The notes under the pieces: model-generated
Database searches by the model: none
What the model was told of the DNA's origin: nothing
Seen by the model: only the letters and a program-made list of their open reading frames with translations
Assembly (NCBI GenBank): GCA_035550375.1
Contig: DASZPH010000061.1
Location: 50,514 to 114,513 of the forward strand
DNA from: Pirellulales bacterium
GTDB lineage: Bacteria; Planctomycetota; Planctomycetia; Pirellulales; JAICIG01
DNA length: 64,000 nucleotides
Direction of reading: 5' to 3'
Program-made: the position numbers and the translations under genes
Part shown: positions 28,360 through 37,389 of the stretch, piece by piece
Layout of the letters: every line of letters starts with the position of its first letter
How positions within the stretch are numbered: position 1 is the stretch's first letter

Positions 28360-29955
28360 TCACTGGCCAGCGTCTTTCTCCTCCGGCTGTTTCAGCCTGA
28401 CGAGTATCCTTGTCTCTTGTTGATCGGGGCCGAAGTGAACGAGGACGGGTGCCTCGTCGTTCGTCAGGTTGTAGAGTCCGGTCTCGACGACCAGGTCGTT
28501 GTTCCCCTCGATCTTCATCGCCACGCGTTGCGTCTCTTTGTTGACGGCGCCCGAAATAGGCGTCACCCTGTCGGCCAGAAGGTCGTGGTAGTTGCCGCGA
28601 ATCACCCCTTCTTTGTTGAGGGCGAGCTGCACCACCTTGTCGGTCTGCGTTTGATCCTCGCTGGCGACGACGGCAAAGATGCCCAGCGGCAGCCAGTCCT
28701 GGTTCTGTGGGGCCTGGCCGTCGGCCGCGATTTGGTTCGCCTGATCGTAATACTCTTCTGCCGTGGCTACCGGCTGCCCGTCGCTGTATACCGTTCCGTC
28801 TTCGTAGGCCACGTTGCCGCCGTAGTCGTAGTAGGCCGCCGATCCGCTGCTGCAGCCGCAGTACGGTCCGGCGACCGCCCAAGCTGCCGTGGCCCAGGCG
28901 GTCGAAACGAGCGCCCATTTGCCGGGAAACCAGGCGCCCGGATACCGTCCCCACCAGCCGCCGCCGTACCAATTCCAATGGGTGAAGGCGCCGTTGACGC
29001 CCCGCCAGAGGTTGCCGCCGACAAATTGGCCGTTGACAAAACTCGCGCCGCGGCCTCCCGAAACCACGTTGCCGCCCGGACCGACGATGGCGGTCGCCGA
29101 ACCGATGCGCCCGGTTCCCCCCGCGCCGTAGCCGCCGCGCATGTTCACCGCCGTATAGCCGTGTCTGCCCTGCACGGCAGAAATGCTCCCACCCTGACGA
29201 TAGCCCGAAGAAGTGGCCATGCCGCGGCTCACCTGGGCGCCTTGGGTGCCGCCTGCTCCGCGGAAACCGGACGCCGAGCCGCCGGCCACCGCCGAACCTC
29301 CCGCCCCGCTGACGCCGACCCCTCCGCCAACCTTACCGTACGTGCTGCCCCCCGCCGTCTCCACCTTGATGCCCCCTACGCCGGCGCCCACCGTGGCACC
29401 GGAGCCGGTGGTGGTGCTGCCGCCTCGACCGCCGACCGTAATTTCGGTGCCGCGCTGCGTGGTAAACGTGCGCGATTGCCCGCCGCTGGGAAGCTGCGAG
29501 GGGGTGTTGCCGAACGTGCTTGCCCTGGCTCCGGACGAGGGCATGTTCAAAAAGCTGTTGAGTTGCCCTGTCGAGGGCCGGTTAAACGCCCCTGCCGCGC
29601 CGATTCCCCCTGCCACTCCGATTCCCGCCGCGGTGCCAAGGGCCCCGCGCTGGCCGGCGGCCGCCACATTGCCAACTCCGGCCGCACGGCCGGGCGTTGC
29701 GGTCCGAGGCGCCGCCGCTCGGCTCATTGAAGGACTGCGATTCATGGCGGGCGACGAGGGCCGGGGAGCCGGGCGTGGCGCCGCACCCATGCGTGCGCCT
29801 CCGCCGTATCCGCCACCGCCAAAACCGCCGCCTCTTCCCCCACCACCAAAGCCGCCTCCTCCTCGTCCGCCACGTGCCTGAGCATTGAGCGGATGCAGTA
29901 CGCATGAGACCGTGATGATAAGGAAGATGGCCGTTACGGGGCGAAAGGTATTCAT
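28360..29955 (-). CDS. Glycine-rich secreted protein, paralog B (unrecognised family)
   Basis: ATG 29955 gives MNTFRPVTAIFLIITVSCVLHPLNAQA, followed by RGGRGGGGFGGGGRGGGFGGGGYGGG. The remainder is collinear with paralog A. Confidence 0.8.
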   Translation of the reverse strand: MNTFRPVTAIFLIITVSCVLHPLNAQARGGRGGGGFGGGGRGGGFGGGGYGGGARMGAAPRPAPRPSSPAMNRSPSMSRAAAPRTATPGRAAGVGNVAAAGQRGALGTAAGIGVAGGIGAAGAFNRPSTGQLNSFLNMPSSGARASTFGNTPSQLPSGGQSRTFTTQRGTEITVGGRGGSTTTGSGATVGAGVGGIKVETAGGSTYGKVGGGVGVSGAGGSAVAGGSASGFRGAGGTQGAQVSRGMATSSGYRQGGSISAVQGRHGYTAVNMRGGYGAGGTGRIGSATAIVGPGGNVVSGGRGASFVNGQFVGGNLWRGVNGAFTHWNWYGGGWWGRYPGAWFPGKWALVSTAWATAAWAVAGPYCGCSSGSAAYYDYGGNVAYEDGTVYSDGQPVATAEEYYDQANQIAADGQAPQNQDWLPLGIFAVVASEDQTQTDKVVQLALNKEGVIRGNYHDLLADRVTPISGAVNKETQRVAMKIEGNNDLVVETGLYNLTNDEAPVLVHFGPDQQETRILVRLKQPEEKDAGQ

Positions 29956-30212
29956 GGCGATTTTCGCTGCTTGCTTCGAAGGGAACGGTCGCTTGAGCAC
30001 GCGTTGAACGGCCGATAATTCGCACCTCGCCGAGACCGCCACCAAGACAAGCTCTTCAGCGTCGGCTCGCTGCGCCTTCCTTGGTTTGATTTCGGATGTG
30101 ACGGCGGTCGCTGTTTCCGGCGCTGCGAACGCTCCAACTCTAACAAATTCTGCCAAACAAAAGAACTATCCTCAAAGGCGGCCGCCCACGAACCGCATTC
30201 CGGCGGCAGCCG

Positions 30213-32693
30213 TCAACTCACGGGGCACGGTTCTGCATTCCAGATCTCGCTGGCGTATTCAGAGATGGTCCGATCGCTGGAGAAACGTCCCGACATGGCC
30301 ACATTGACGATCGACTTGCGAGTCCATTGGTCAGCATTGAGGTACAAGTCGCCGAGCCGCTCGTGAGCCTCGGTATACGACTTCAGGTCGGCGAGGTGCA
30401 TGTAGTAATCGCCGGCTTCCAACAGGGTCTGGCGAAGCGGCACGAAAATGCCCCGTTCGTTTTTGCTGAAATGGTCGTTGAAGATCAGGTCGAGTGCCTG
30501 CCGCGTCTCGGGCTCATTCTGGTAGTGCCACCAGGGGCTGTACCAGCCGCGGCTCTCGGCAACCTGTTCGGCGGTGAGCCCGAAGAGGAAGAAGTTCTCT
30601 TCGCCGGCCTCCTCTGCCATCTCGATCGTCGCCCCGTCGCGGGTGCCGATCGTCAAGGCTCCGTTCATCATGAACTTCATATTCCCGGTGCCGCTCGCTT
30701 CGTAGCCGGCGGTCGAGATCTGCTCCGAAACGTCGCTGGCCGGAATCAGCCGCTCGGCAAGCGAGACGTTGTAATTGGGTAAAAACACGACCTTGATGCG
30801 ATCACGAACGTCAGGGTCGGCGTCGATGACCGCGGATAGGTTGTTGATGAATTTGATGATCAGCTTCGCCAGCCGGTAAGCGGGAGCCGCCTTGCCGGCA
30901 AAAAAGAATGTACGCGGCGGCAACTTCAGGGCCGGATTAGCCCGTAGCCGGTTGTAAAGGACGACGATGTGCAAAGCGTTGAGAAGTTGTCGCTTGTATT
31001 CGTGGATGCGTTTGATCTGGCTGTCGAAGAGCGTGTCGGGATCGATCGTCTGGCCGCTCGATTCCTTGAGCCAGCCCGCGAATCGCTCTTTGGCAGCCTG
31101 TTTCGCCCGGCGAACGCGGAGGCGGAAGTCGCCATCGTCCGCCAGCGGCAGCAGTTGGCGCAACCGGGTCAGATCGGTGACCCAGCCGTCGCCGATGGCC
31201 TCGGTGATTAGTCGAGCCAGATCGGGATTCGCCAATAGCAGCCAGCGGCGCGGAGTGACGCCGTTGGTCTTGTTGTTGAATCGCTCGGGAAACATGGACG
31301 CGAAGTCGGCGACGACCCGCGTTCGCAGCAGGTCCGAATGGATGCGGGCCACGCCGTTGACGCTGTGCGAACCGACGATGGCAAGATGGGCCATCCGCAC
31401 CTGGCGAGTCGAGCCTTCCTCGATGAGGCTCATCCTCTGAAGACGGCGTTCGTCGTCCGGATGACGCCCCTTTACGTCGTCCAGAAACCGGCGATTGATC
31501 TCGTAGGTAATCTCCAGCAAGCGCGGACAAAGCAGCTCGAAGAAGCGCACCGGCCATTTTTCAAGGGCCTCCGGCAGCAGCGTGTGGTTGGTGTAGGCGA
31601 GTGTGCGCGTGGTGAGATCCCAAGCTTCGTCCCAGCCCAGCCTTGCCTCGTCGAGGAGGAGGCGCATCAGCTCCGCTACGGCTAGGGCGGGATGCGTGTC
31701 GTTAAGCTGGACGGCAACCTTCTCGGGCAGGAGCCGCCAGTCGTCGTTGGTTTGCCGGAAACGGCCGACGAGATCGGTCAGAGAGCAGCAGACCAGGAAG
31801 TACTCCTGGACGAATCGCAGGGCCTGGCCGGCGGCCGTTGAATCGTCCGGGTAGAGGACGCGCGTCACGGTTTCTGCCACGACGCGGTCGACGATCGCGC
31901 CGACGAAGTCTCCCGAACTGAACTCACCGAAGTCGAAGAAGTCGGGCGATTCCGCCTGCCAGAGTCGCAAGGTGTTGATCGTGCGTCCGCCGTAGCCGAC
32001 CACCGGACGATCATAGGGAACGCCGAGCAGGTGCGTGGCGCGGCCGGGGACGGCTCGGACGACGCCGTTTTCCAACTTAAAGGCGCAGCCAAGCGGCACT
32101 TTCACCGTCTCTCGCGGCCGGGCGACCTCCCAAGGATCGGGTTGGGCCAGCCAGTGGTCCGGCTGCTCGACCTGAAACCCGTCTTCAATCGTTTGCCGAA
32201 AGATGCCGTATTCGTAGCGGAGGCCGTACCCCATTGCGGGAATCTGCAGCGTTGCCAATGACTCGATGAAGCAGGCGGCGAGCCGACCCAGGCCGCCGTT
32301 GCCCAGGCCCGCGTCCGGCTCGGTCTCGATTACTTCTTTCCAGTCTTGCCGCGGATCGGACCGCAACTCGTCGCGGACGAACTGCTCGACTCCCAAATTG
32401 AGGATGTTGTTGATCAGCGTGCGCCCGATCAGGAACTCCATCGACAGGTAGTAGACCCGCTTGGGGTTCTCGCTGGTATACGCGTTTTGCGTTCTCAGCC
32501 ATTGCTGCGCGAGCAGGTCGCGCAACGAGCGGGCCACCGCTTCAAATCGCTCACGCTGGCTGGCCTTCTCGGGCGAGATGTTGTGATCTAAGACGAGGTG
32601 GCGCTCGTAGCAGCCGTGATCGGGCTTGTCCGCGACAGACTCCCGCTGCGTCTCGGCCGGCTTCGATCTCTTCACGGTCGTACGGCGCGCCAT
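30213..32693 (-). CDS. glgP: Glycogen/maltodextrin phosphorylase
   Basis: NGGLGRLAACF and EASGTGNMKFMMNGALTIGTRDGATIE (PLP-lysine motif). The product is 826 aa. Confidence 0.95.
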   Translation of the reverse strand: MARRTTVKRSKPAETQRESVADKPDHGCYERHLVLDHNISPEKASQRERFEAVARSLRDLLAQQWLRTQNAYTSENPKRVYYLSMEFLIGRTLINNILNLGVEQFVRDELRSDPRQDWKEVIETEPDAGLGNGGLGRLAACFIESLATLQIPAMGYGLRYEYGIFRQTIEDGFQVEQPDHWLAQPDPWEVARPRETVKVPLGCAFKLENGVVRAVPGRATHLLGVPYDRPVVGYGGRTINTLRLWQAESPDFFDFGEFSSGDFVGAIVDRVVAETVTRVLYPDDSTAAGQALRFVQEYFLVCCSLTDLVGRFRQTNDDWRLLPEKVAVQLNDTHPALAVAELMRLLLDEARLGWDEAWDLTTRTLAYTNHTLLPEALEKWPVRFFELLCPRLLEITYEINRRFLDDVKGRHPDDERRLQRMSLIEEGSTRQVRMAHLAIVGSHSVNGVARIHSDLLRTRVVADFASMFPERFNNKTNGVTPRRWLLLANPDLARLITEAIGDGWVTDLTRLRQLLPLADDGDFRLRVRRAKQAAKERFAGWLKESSGQTIDPDTLFDSQIKRIHEYKRQLLNALHIVVLYNRLRANPALKLPPRTFFFAGKAAPAYRLAKLIIKFINNLSAVIDADPDVRDRIKVVFLPNYNVSLAERLIPASDVSEQISTAGYEASGTGNMKFMMNGALTIGTRDGATIEMAEEAGEENFFLFGLTAEQVAESRGWYSPWWHYQNEPETRQALDLIFNDHFSKNERGIFVPLRQTLLEAGDYYMHLADLKSYTEAHERLGDLYLNADQWTRKSIVNVAMSGRFSSDRTISEYASEIWNAEPCPVS

Positions 32694-32783
32694 GGCATGC
32701 TCCCTTTGTTCACCCCTCGCTACGATGGTTCAAGAGCTGTTTCAGTTTCACGGTAAAGCCGGCTTCTCTCGATGGTGCGAGGC

Positions 32784-33425
32784 CTAGTTCTTCGGCTTTT
32801 GCTCATACTGCTGCCGCGTTTCCTCGCTGATGAAGTAGATCGTTTTGCCGCCGACCTCGAGTTTCGCCCCCGCGGCAAATCTCGGGAAGCGCACCCTGGC
32901 GACAGGATCTTCCACCAGATGATCTTTCAGGTAATGACTGTTCTCGTACATCGCCGTATAAGCCTGCACGAAACTCATAATGCAGTCGTCGAGCCAGCGG
33001 CCGAGAGCCTCTTCGTCGATCTTCTCCAGCGGAAACTGCACTTCGCGGTGCGACTCGAACTTCATGAAGATCGGCAGGATGTCGAGGTCGTAAGTAAACA
33101 CGACGTTTTCCAGTTCGGAATCGGCGGCCACCGAGAATTTCAACACCACGTGGGCGAGCTCGGACTCGACCTCAAATGTCGCCTGCCGTCGGCTTGGTAC
33201 GATATGCGGAGTCACTTTGACCCGGTCGGCAAACCGATTGGCGAGTATCTCTAGCCTGCTGCGCCAAACATCGCGATGCGCTTCCAGAACCTGTTCCAGC
33301 TTTTCCTGACGCTGCTGCCGCTGTTGGTGGTGCTCGATGTGCTGCTTCTGCAATTCTTTGATTTTTCGCTCGGCTGCGGCGAACTCGGCGTCGATCCGTT
33401 GAGCAAGGGTGGTCGGCTCTGACAT
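32784..33425 (-). CDS. Hypothetical protein with an N-terminal coiled coil and a Cys-less YHS-like C-terminus
   Basis: ATG 33425 (MSEPTTLAQRID...). The C-terminus DPVARVRF...AKLEVGGKTIYFISEETRQQYEQKP resembles the YHS/TRASH pattern DPVCGM...GKTYYFCS but lacks the cysteines. Confidence 0.6.
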   Translation of the reverse strand: MSEPTTLAQRIDAEFAAAERKIKELQKQHIEHHQQRQQRQEKLEQVLEAHRDVWRSRLEILANRFADRVKVTPHIVPSRRQATFEVESELAHVVLKFSVAADSELENVVFTYDLDILPIFMKFESHREVQFPLEKIDEEALGRWLDDCIMSFVQAYTAMYENSHYLKDHLVEDPVARVRFPRFAAGAKLEVGGKTIYFISEETRQQYEQKPKN

Positions 33426-33651
33426 GTTTTTGCTCCTGTGAAAGCTCGCGAGCCCGGCCGCTCGTTCGAGGGTACAAGGTGATATGCAAACCGGAGGCCA
33501 TTCGTGACCGCCGCAGCCCTCAAACATCACGTGACCGCGTTTTTCCGAAGTGAAGCAGGCCACGACGGCGGGGGGCTGTGCGAGATGGCACATCACGTCG
33601 TGCGAAACGGCGCGAGCGCATCCGGCCGAGGTATCAAGCCCGGGCCGCCCT

Positions 33652-34422
33652 TCAGTTCGCCATCGATGCGACCAGTCGTGCGAGCGACTCGTGGCTGACC
33701 TGAATCAGCCCTCTGCCAGGCTGATTCAGGTCGAGCGTGACGTAGCTCACGAGCGTCACGAGAATAAAAAAGCTCAACGTGCCGGTCAGATGCGGCCGCT
33801 GCGATACGCCCTGTTGCTGACCCATCAAAAACGCCGGTGCCACCGCGGCGAAGAAGAGCAACAGAACGATGCTCCAAGGAAGCCGGTCTCGGTAAGCGGC
33901 GAGCCACGAAGCGTTGTTGCTGGTCACGCCGTTCAACGTATTCGTCAAAGAAACGGCGATCGGCGTGTCCTGGCGGATCGCTTCGTCGACGATGGCGGTC
34001 ATTTCTGTTTGCATTTCTTGCATCTCACGCAGTGCCTGTTGCAGAGTATCCTCCGATGGCATCCCTCGCGCAAGGGACAACTTGCGCTGAGCATAATCGC
34101 GGATGACGGCCTGCAACCTGCCCCGCGGAGGATCCTTCAGCAGGCTGGCGCACGTATAGAAATCTCCGATCGAGTTGCTGTCGCTGACGACCGCCGCGCG
34201 GCGTTGTTCGTGTCGGCCGAGCGACATCGAAAAGGTGAAGCCAAGCAAAAGACCGAGCAGCGCCATGCCCGCATCGGTGAACTTGATGCCGGGATCGGGC
34301 GAAAGCTCCGGAGGCAGTCTTCGCTGTCTCCACCAGCCGAGCCCCCAGCCGGCCACCATACCGACCGCGAATCCTAAGGCAACGAGCCACGGGGCGACGT
34401 GTTCGACGATGTTGCCCATCAT
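33652..34422 (-). CDS. Integral membrane protein (possibly DUF4239-like)
   Basis: Two N-terminal and two C-terminal TM helices flank a soluble helical region. The family assignment is from memory and is weak. Confidence 0.6.
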   Translation of the reverse strand: MMGNIVEHVAPWLVALGFAVGMVAGWGLGWWRQRRLPPELSPDPGIKFTDAGMALLGLLLGFTFSMSLGRHEQRRAAVVSDSNSIGDFYTCASLLKDPPRGRLQAVIRDYAQRKLSLARGMPSEDTLQQALREMQEMQTEMTAIVDEAIRQDTPIAVSLTNTLNGVTSNNASWLAAYRDRLPWSIVLLLFFAAVAPAFLMGQQQGVSQRPHLTGTLSFFILVTLVSYVTLDLNQPGRGLIQVSHESLARLVASMAN

Positions 34423-34466
34423 TGGGTGATCCTATTCGTGCTCATCCGCACGATCCGTGGTGGTTT

Positions 34467-35285
34467 CTAGAAGCGGTAGCCCAACCCGACGTTGCTAAAG
34501 AACCCGGGCGTCTGATGGTTCAAACCCCATCCGACGCGCAATCCGAGCTCGAGATTCCTTGTCATGTGAACGTGGCCGCCCGTGCTGAAGTAGTGCTGGC
34601 TTTCCGCCGTCGCTTTGCCGGCGGACATGATCCCAAAATACTCAGCATGGACGTTCCAGCGCTTGCCCACCGGAACGTTGAGCACCGTCGAGGGCGCCCA
34701 TTGATTGAAGCGGTCGCCTTGGTCGTTGGCGGTGGCGAAACGAACGGCGGAGCTCCATTGCCAGCCGTTGGGCAGCGTCCAGCCGAAAATCTCCCCCACC
34801 GTAGGGCGTGAAACGTTCGATGGTCCCGACGTCGGCGTGTAACCTTCCAGCAGCAGGGAACTGGCCGGCAGCCACCCGGACTGCCGCGTCGTCCGGAGTT
34901 TGAGGCCGTACATGATCTCGCTTGTCCGTTCGACGAAAAAGTCCTCGTCGCCGAAATCGACGTTCGAGACCGCGCTGGTCGGACCGCCAGCCGCGTAGTT
35001 CCAGCCGAGGCGCAGCTCCAGGCGATCTGTAACCCCGCGACGCAGCACCATCTCGGGAAACGAGTAGGCGTTGGGTGTGATCCGATTGTCGATAAACGAG
35101 TAAGAGGCCTCGATCTGCGTGCGCCGCAGGTCAACCGTGGTCACGGCCGGCGTGAACGAATCGCGGTCGGTCTCGATCTCGTTCCCCGGAGGCGCCGCCT
35201 GGTTCGCTGCGCCCAGTTGTCCCAGCGCGGTGATGGGGGTTAACAGAATCGCAATCGTCGCCAGCGAAGACCGCTTGAGATTCAT
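34467..35285 (-). CDS. Outer-membrane beta-barrel protein (MetA-pathway/transporter-like OMP family)
   Basis: Signal peptide, TDRDSFTPAVTTV...IEASYSF, alternating beta-strand pattern, and a C-terminal GLGYRF ending in Phe. Confidence 0.7.
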   Translation of the reverse strand: MNLKRSSLATIAILLTPITALGQLGAANQAAPPGNEIETDRDSFTPAVTTVDLRRTQIEASYSFIDNRITPNAYSFPEMVLRRGVTDRLELRLGWNYAAGGPTSAVSNVDFGDEDFFVERTSEIMYGLKLRTTRQSGWLPASSLLLEGYTPTSGPSNVSRPTVGEIFGWTLPNGWQWSSAVRFATANDQGDRFNQWAPSTVLNVPVGKRWNVHAEYFGIMSAGKATAESQHYFSTGGHVHMTRNLELGLRVGWGLNHQTPGFFSNVGLGYRF

Positions 35286-35528
35286 ATTCGCTTGCTCAGA
35301 CGATGCGCAAGGGTGCCGCCGCCCCTGCAGAGCTTATCGACAAGGCGTAGGAATGGAGAAAATCCGCTGCGCAGATTTGCCAGGCCCAAAACCGCGGGCG
35401 TCGTCGAGTTTAACGAGCCTACCGTTCAGGAAAGCTGCGAAGGCACTCCGCGAGAACACACGGAAATGATACCGCCGCGAGACACACCCCTCCGACGTGC
35501 AAACTTTCACGAACGGTCCTGGGAATCA

Positions 35529-36260
35529 TCACCAGAAGCCAAACCCCCAGCCGTACTGCGGGTAGCTTACGACGTTGGGATATTGCCGAACGCCGCTGGG
35601 ATGGTAAGGGCTGCTGGCGGAGGCGGCGCCGCGGTCGAGGGTCCGCTGCCGCTCTTCGGATTCCTGGCGCTGTTCGGCCCGCAAACCGGCGATGCGAGCC
35701 TGACGGGCTCGGTCTAGCGCCGCCGTTTGATTCTGCGCCGCCGAACGTTTCTCTTCCAACAGGTCAAGCTGTTCTCGCAGTTGCGCGGCGGTGAGCCGGG
35801 CCACGTCAGGGTATTGGATATCCATTTTCTTGCGATACGCGGGGGCCGCGGCCGCCAGGTTTGCCGCGACCCAGTCAAGGATGTCGCGGCCCTCGGGGCC
35901 GAGCAACATCACAAGCTTGGCGTCGAGATCTTGACGAAAGGCTTCGAGCTCGTCGGCCGACATCTTTTCCACGCGGCCCATCACCTGGTTTCGGATCCCC
36001 TCGATCTCTTTCTTGGAATACATCGTTTGTATGGACAACCACTGGTCGAGTCCGGCCAGGGTATTCCTCCACAGCTCGCTTTTGAGAATCAGATCTCGCC
36101 TCACCCGGTCGCGTTGGTTGCCGTCGCGCTGGTTACGGTCCGTCTGCTTGGCCGGCGGGTCGGCAGCGATCGCCGGTTGCCAGAACCCGATCGACGCGCC
36201 TGCCACCACCAGAATCAACCCGATCTGCTTCAGCATCATTCGCTCGAAGGTGAAAGTCAT
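35529..36260 (-). CDS. Secreted coiled-coil protein with an aromatic C-terminus (GWGFGFW)
   Basis: ATG 36260 overlaps the TGA of the upstream gene (ATGA). The signal/TM segment is MMLKQIGLILVVAGASIGFWQPAIA. The protein is Gln/Arg/Glu-rich and helical. Confidence 0.6.
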   Translation of the reverse strand: MTFTFERMMLKQIGLILVVAGASIGFWQPAIAADPPAKQTDRNQRDGNQRDRVRRDLILKSELWRNTLAGLDQWLSIQTMYSKKEIEGIRNQVMGRVEKMSADELEAFRQDLDAKLVMLLGPEGRDILDWVAANLAAAAPAYRKKMDIQYPDVARLTAAQLREQLDLLEEKRSAAQNQTAALDRARQARIAGLRAEQRQESEERQRTLDRGAASASSPYHPSGVRQYPNVVSYPQYGWGFGFW

Positions 36261-37186
36261 GGAATAGTGGTCGTCCGGGTCATGCGCACTTTTAGCTCGG
36301 GCACGGGTTCGCCCTCCACCTCGCCGTTGCTGGACTCCCAGGTGAACGCATCGTTCCCGTCCTGCGCGAGGACGTTGGTGCCCGTCGCACGGCTTCCGTC
36401 CGGCAACACGCTCTCGGCCTCGACAATCCACCGGTCGTCTTTATGAAACCACAAGCCGACGCCGTGTCCCCCCTCGGAATCGAAGGTCCACGACTTGACC
36501 TGTCCCTCCCTGGCGTCCCAGCCGATGCGCTGCGTTACGTGCAGCGGCTCACGTCCCGGCAGCCGGACGTCGATCTCCCGCAAAAGAAAGTTCTTGTCGT
36601 TGCTCCATCTGCAAGAAAGGCGAACCGTCTTGCCGTCATCGTCTGAAATCCAGTCGCCGACCATCCAACCCAGGTCGCGCAAGTGATCGTTATGTGTGGG
36701 GGTCGCCACGGCCGATTCCCGGATGCCATCGAGCAGCCACTTTCCTTTCTGCCGCACCCAAATCGCGGTGTAACGGTGGTTGAGCGATCCGCTGAGAACA
36801 CCCGGCACGTTGCTCAATCGCCCGTCTTCGACCGCCACGTCGGGCGTGACGAAATGAATCGACTCGATCGTGACCGTAATCTTTCTTGGTTCGCCTTCGT
36901 CCCGTTCGCCCTTTGCCTCATGCGCGAGGCTACGGCCGTTGACGGCGTGTCCCCCCTCGTCCACGTAAGTGCCTTCGGCCGTCCAAAACGACGCGATTTC
37001 GTTGGCGTCACCGCGCTTGATCGCAGCGATATACTCCTTACCACGCTCGCGAATGGCCTCCTCGTCAGTAGGGGCCGCGGCACGCTCCTGGCCGAGCGCC
37101 GTGACCGAGGTTACGACCACGGCGACGGCCGACGCCAGAAAGGCCAGCCGAGATAGCCTAGGACAGCGAATGCCGAAGTGCCTCAT
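36257..37186 (-). CDS. Secreted tandem NTF2-like (SnoaL/DUF4440-type) protein, paralog B
   Basis: Signal peptide. YIAAIKRGDANEIASFWTAEGTYV and LGWMVGDWISDDDGKTV...RWIVEAESVLPDG are collinear with the product of 22943..23869. Confidence 0.7.
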   Translation of the reverse strand: MRHFGIRCPRLSRLAFLASAVAVVVTSVTALGQERAAAPTDEEAIRERGKEYIAAIKRGDANEIASFWTAEGTYVDEGGHAVNGRSLAHEAKGERDEGEPRKITVTIESIHFVTPDVAVEDGRLSNVPGVLSGSLNHRYTAIWVRQKGKWLLDGIRESAVATPTHNDHLRDLGWMVGDWISDDDGKTVRLSCRWSNDKNFLLREIDVRLPGREPLHVTQRIGWDAREGQVKSWTFDSEGGHGVGLWFHKDDRWIVEAESVLPDGSRATGTNVLAQDGNDAFTWESSNGEVEGEPVPELKVRMTRTTTIP

Positions 37187-37389
37187 CGCTCATGATTCCT
37201 GAAGAAGGCGGCGTGTTGATTCCGGTAGCTTTGATCGTTGAGAAATCGAGTATCCTTGCTTGCAGCGCAAAATACAATCCGCTGAATTGCCGAAATTAAT
37301 TCTGACGCAGGCATCAAACTCGCGGAAAATCGACGCGGCAAGCCCCAGCGTGCGTTAAAGCACAGTCTGTATTCCCGGGAGCGATCCCA

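Noticed and set aside
27160-29730. 856-aa plus-strand ORF spanning the phosphoketolase and glycine-rich paralog B loci
   Set aside because: It runs antisense to two genes with unmistakable products. Its translation is Arg/Ala/Gly/Pro-rich with no motifs. This is a typical stop-codon-poor shadow ORF of GC-rich DNA.
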